Made by a program: the position numbers and the translations under genes
Shown here: positions 16,590-18,988 of the stretch, one piece after another
Layout of the letters: the number at the start of each line of letters is the position of its first letter
How positions within the stretch are numbered: the first letter of the stretch is position 1
The notes under the pieces: model-generated
Told to the model about the DNA's origin: nothing
What the model saw: only the letters and a program-made list of their open reading frames with translations
The model's database searches: none
DNA from: an uncultured delta proteobacterium
GTDB lineage: Bacteria; Desulfobacterota; Syntrophobacteria; BM002
Direction: 5' to 3'
Assembly (NCBI GenBank): GCA_963712115.1
Contig: CAVQGX010000004.1
Span: forward strand, 1-18,988
DNA length: 18,988 nucleotides

Positions 16590-16700
16590 TCTACATAAGT
16601 TTAGATATGATCAGGAAATCATAAATTTTTGGTGGGGTCATAAACTAAAGATAAATAGCAGGGAACTTAAATTGCGAGACTAACGGGTCAAGCGCCATAT

Positions 16701-16937
16701 GTGGTAGTAGCCAAGAGGGGACAGATCCTTCTGATTGGGACGGATGGGATATGGGAAACACACAATGAGTCCGGCGAAATGTTCGGCAAAAAGCGCCTTT
16801 CTACGCTCATCCGTGAGAATGCCTCATCTACTTCCGAAAAAATCCTTCATTCCATAATTGAGTCGTTAAAAGCGTTCAGGGGGTCGGTTAAACAAGAAGA
16901 CGATGTCACACTGGCCGTTGTGAAAATTGTTCAATAA
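16701..16937 (+). pseudogene. C-terminal fragment of a SpoIIE/RsbU-type PP2C phosphatase
   Basis: LLIGTDGIWE...GEMFG...QEDDVTLAVVK are the last PP2C motifs; the N-terminal part is missing. Confidence 0.85.
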
Positions 16938-16986
16938 ACCGGGCAAACCGCGGCTTGTGGCCAAGAGATCTGAAAAGGATTCCCCT

Positions 16987-17454
16987 TTATTTTCCTAAAC
17001 CCGTTTCATGCTTTGGCGTTTCCAAGAGATGAGGACATTTGCCCATTACCTGTTTCTCAAGCTCTTGATCTAATTGCACCTTATAAAGTGTTTTTGCTTC
17101 GCATAACTGTTCAACCTCTAAGTTACCCGCCCCCGTGAAGTTGGCTGCCTCAAGGTTGGCTTCTGCGAGGTCGGCTCTCCTGAGGTTGGCTCCCCTGAGG
17201 TCGGCTCCAAAGAGGTTGGCTTTCCTGAGGTTGACTCCAAAGAGGTTGGCTTCCTTGAGGTCGGCTCTCTCGAGGACAGCTCCTGTGAGGCTAGCATACC
17301 CGAGGTCGGCTTTCCTGAGGTTGGCTTCCGTGAGGTTGGCTTCCGTGAGGTTGGCTTCCGTGAGGTCACGTCTTATTTTAGGCTTGTCCTTCCGCCACTT
17401 GTTCCAGGCCTCAACGCCCTCTTTAAGTTTGGTTAAGTGTACCGGGTCTGCCAT
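16987..17454 (-). CDS. Pentapeptide repeat protein
   Basis: GVEAWNKWR leader followed by A[ND]Lxx repeats; three exact 15-nt tandem copies at 17316-17360; AAGGAG SD. Confidence 0.9.
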   Translation of the reverse strand: MADPVHLTKLKEGVEAWNKWRKDKPKIRRDLTEANLTEANLTEANLRKADLGYASLTGAVLERADLKEANLFGVNLRKANLFGADLRGANLRRADLAEANLEAANFTGAGNLEVEQLCEAKTLYKVQLDQELEKQVMGKCPHLLETPKHETGLGK

Positions 17455-17601
17455 TTTGCTTTTCTCCTTTCTCCGTTTCTGAATTTTTATCTTGGGTCTG
17501 GCACTCGCTTTTCCTTACACTCCAGTTACTCAATCGAACCTATTGCTGCGTTGACGCTTGAAGTCCGCGTAAGCCCTGCGGTTAAGCCGGAGATTGCTCC
17601 T

Positions 17602-17820
17602 TTATGAGAGATTGCCCAGCAGGTCGGGTCGAGGCATGGCCGGATAGTCCGGTGCCCCGAGGTTCTCGTCCACGATTGTAATTTCCCACTCCGGCGGGGT
17701 CAGGCCCGCGAGAACCATAAGGCTGAGTGGTTTCCACACACGAAAACGGTTCCAGCGGCTCTCCTTGACTTTGACGATGCTTACAAGCGGGTTGGATGGG
17801 TTGATCAGATATAGTCGCAT
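17602..17820 (-). pseudogene. N-terminal fragment of a B12-binding radical SAM protein
   Basis: MRLYLINP...PLSLMVLAGLTPPEWEITIVDEN...PDLLG is the cobalamin-binding domain start; stops at 72 aa with no CxxxCxxC; AGGAG SD. Confidence 0.8.
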
Positions 17821-17911
17821 GCCGTGCAGTCACTCCTGGATAGGGATTTCATTTTTGTCCTTCTTTTCCTCAATGCTGGTTTAATGAATGGAATGTCGCA
17901 ATGACTATTGG

Positions 17912-18574
17912 TTAGGTATCAATTTTAACCTTCTTGATCCTACTTTGAATCGCCTGGCGAACCGCCATTTCATCCTGCCGAAGAGATTCGAATTCTCTAT
18001 CTGCAATTTCCAGTAATCCAGCGAGACACGCAAATCTTCTTCGAACCCGGAATGGGATTTCTCCTGGAGATTTGTAGACAATGTCGTGCTCAATCTCAGC
18101 CCATGCATGTTGTAGAATTGTTCTGACCTGGATTTCGCACTTCATTTTGTCAAAGAGGGCATACTCAGGAAGTTTAAGCATTTCGGGCCTGAATTCTACC
18201 ACAAAGTGAACCGATGCATATCCGAAAATTGCAGGATCTGAAGACAATCTTTTATCCATTGAATGCTTAGAATCGATATTAAACTCCTTTTCGATCAGGG
18301 GTACTATCTTATCCACATCACTCGGGAAGTATGCAATTATTCTTACACCCGCCAAGTCAGCGATGCCATTAAACAGGGCATCAGGGACCTCCCCTTCTCT
18401 AGTTATCTTTTCTCTAAGTTCCTCTGGGTCTTTTTCTCTGCTTGTGATCGAATGTGGGACAATACCCTTAGAACTGAGAATAGACGAAAGGAATTCCTTC
18501 GTTTTTTCTGATAGAAGCCTGTAAGTACCCCTCTGTTCTGAAACATATTTTTTTATGACTTCATCAACGTTCAT
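17912..18574 (-). CDS. RelA/SpoT synthetase-domain protein (small alarmone synthetase-like)
   Basis: SREK, DLAGVRII, GYASVH, EIQVRTILQHAWAEIEHDIVYK motifs; no HD hydrolase domain. Start is ATG 18574 or 18589. Confidence 0.88.
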   Translation of the reverse strand: MNVDEVIKKYVSEQRGTYRLLSEKTKEFLSSILSSKGIVPHSITSREKDPEELREKITREGEVPDALFNGIADLAGVRIIAYFPSDVDKIVPLIEKEFNIDSKHSMDKRLSSDPAIFGYASVHFVVEFRPEMLKLPEYALFDKMKCEIQVRTILQHAWAEIEHDIVYKSPGEIPFRVRRRFACLAGLLEIADREFESLRQDEMAVRQAIQSRIKKVKIDT

Positions 18575-18627
18575 GACCACAGCCTTCATATATTTGGGCA
18601 AGACCTTAAACTGGCCAAGATTCAGTG

Positions 18628-18932
18628 GTCGAGTAGCGCGGGGGAATTTCACACCCACGCCCTCACAGAACCCCACGTGAACCTCTCGACTCATAGGGCT
18701 CTATCGTCCAGCCAACACCTAAGCAAAGCGCCAGTGGGCAAACAGGCCCGGCTGACACTGTTTTATGCGACTTAACCACCGCCAAGCCTTCCGAGGACTG
18801 CCTCTTAGGCGTTTGTACTTTCGGCGTGCCCACATTGACAGTAACCAATCGAAGCGCCCGAGGGCGTGATACCTCTCCGACTTGTAAAACCTACCATAGT
18901 AATTAATCCAACCTCTGAGCTTCGTGGCACAC
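18628..18932 (-). mobile_element. Group II intron remnant (maturase C-terminus + domains V and VI)
   Basis: Domain V GAGCCCTATGAGTCGAGAGGTTCACGTGGGGTTC (18668-18701, AGC triad, GAGA loop); domain VI ending ...CTACTCGAC at 18628; maturase X-domain fragment upstream. Confidence 0.9.
18719..18928 (-). pseudogene. ltrA: Group II intron reverse transcriptase/maturase C-terminal fragment
   Basis: Manual translation: ATKLRGWINYYGRFYKSERYHALGRFDWLLSMWARRKYKRLRGSPRKAWRWLSRIKQCQPGLFAHWRFA*; absent from the ORF track; no RT domain in the window. Confidence 0.85.
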
Positions 18933-18988
18933 TATGAGAAGGAGATGTGATTTTTCGTGGTGGTGAGATACGTAATCAAACTTCGATT

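Noticed and set aside
17118-17482. Repetitive ORFs (PTSRK and RLASV repeats) and 15-nt tandem repeats
   Set aside because: Shadow frames of the pentapeptide repeat gene; not a CRISPR array or separate genes.
731-18511. Numerous short antisense or alternative-frame ORFs in the track
   Set aside because: All lie within better-supported genes or IS elements and show no domain motifs.
18590-18694. N-terminal extension MSREVHVGFCEGVGVKFPRATR of the RelA/SpoT ORF (apparent fusion)
   Set aside because: It is the translation of group II intron domains V-VI, not protein-coding sequence.

Overview
Accessory, signalling-rich region, probably from a Desulfobacterota/Deltaproteobacteria-like anaerobe (inferred from protein families, not from a marker gene). 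Left part (1-8.7 kb): a stand-alone 6S RNA, then four PilZ proteins, a PAS-GAF-LuxR regulator, a sigma54-driven cNMP-binding Ser/Thr kinase and a single-domain response regulator. Three of the PilZ proteins share an unrecognised, gap-free 40-aa module (C-x7-[CS]-P-[HY]-x4-ERAxLIPQxL-x11-C-x2-C), fused either N- or C-terminally. The signalling genes are separated by 3 full and 1 degenerate copies of a ~97-bp non-coding element in direct orientation (22-bp imperfect inverted arms around a centred CACAAGATGTGG core, with fixed spacing). Middle: an IS1182-family element with a nonsense mutation and an apparently intact IS3-family element. Right: a DUF6599-DUF362-DUF362 operon, an Old Yellow Enzyme-family gene, gene fragments (PP2C, B12-radical SAM), a pentapeptide-repeat gene, a RelA/SpoT-domain gene and a group II intron remnant. 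All calls were made by eye; no database searches were run.
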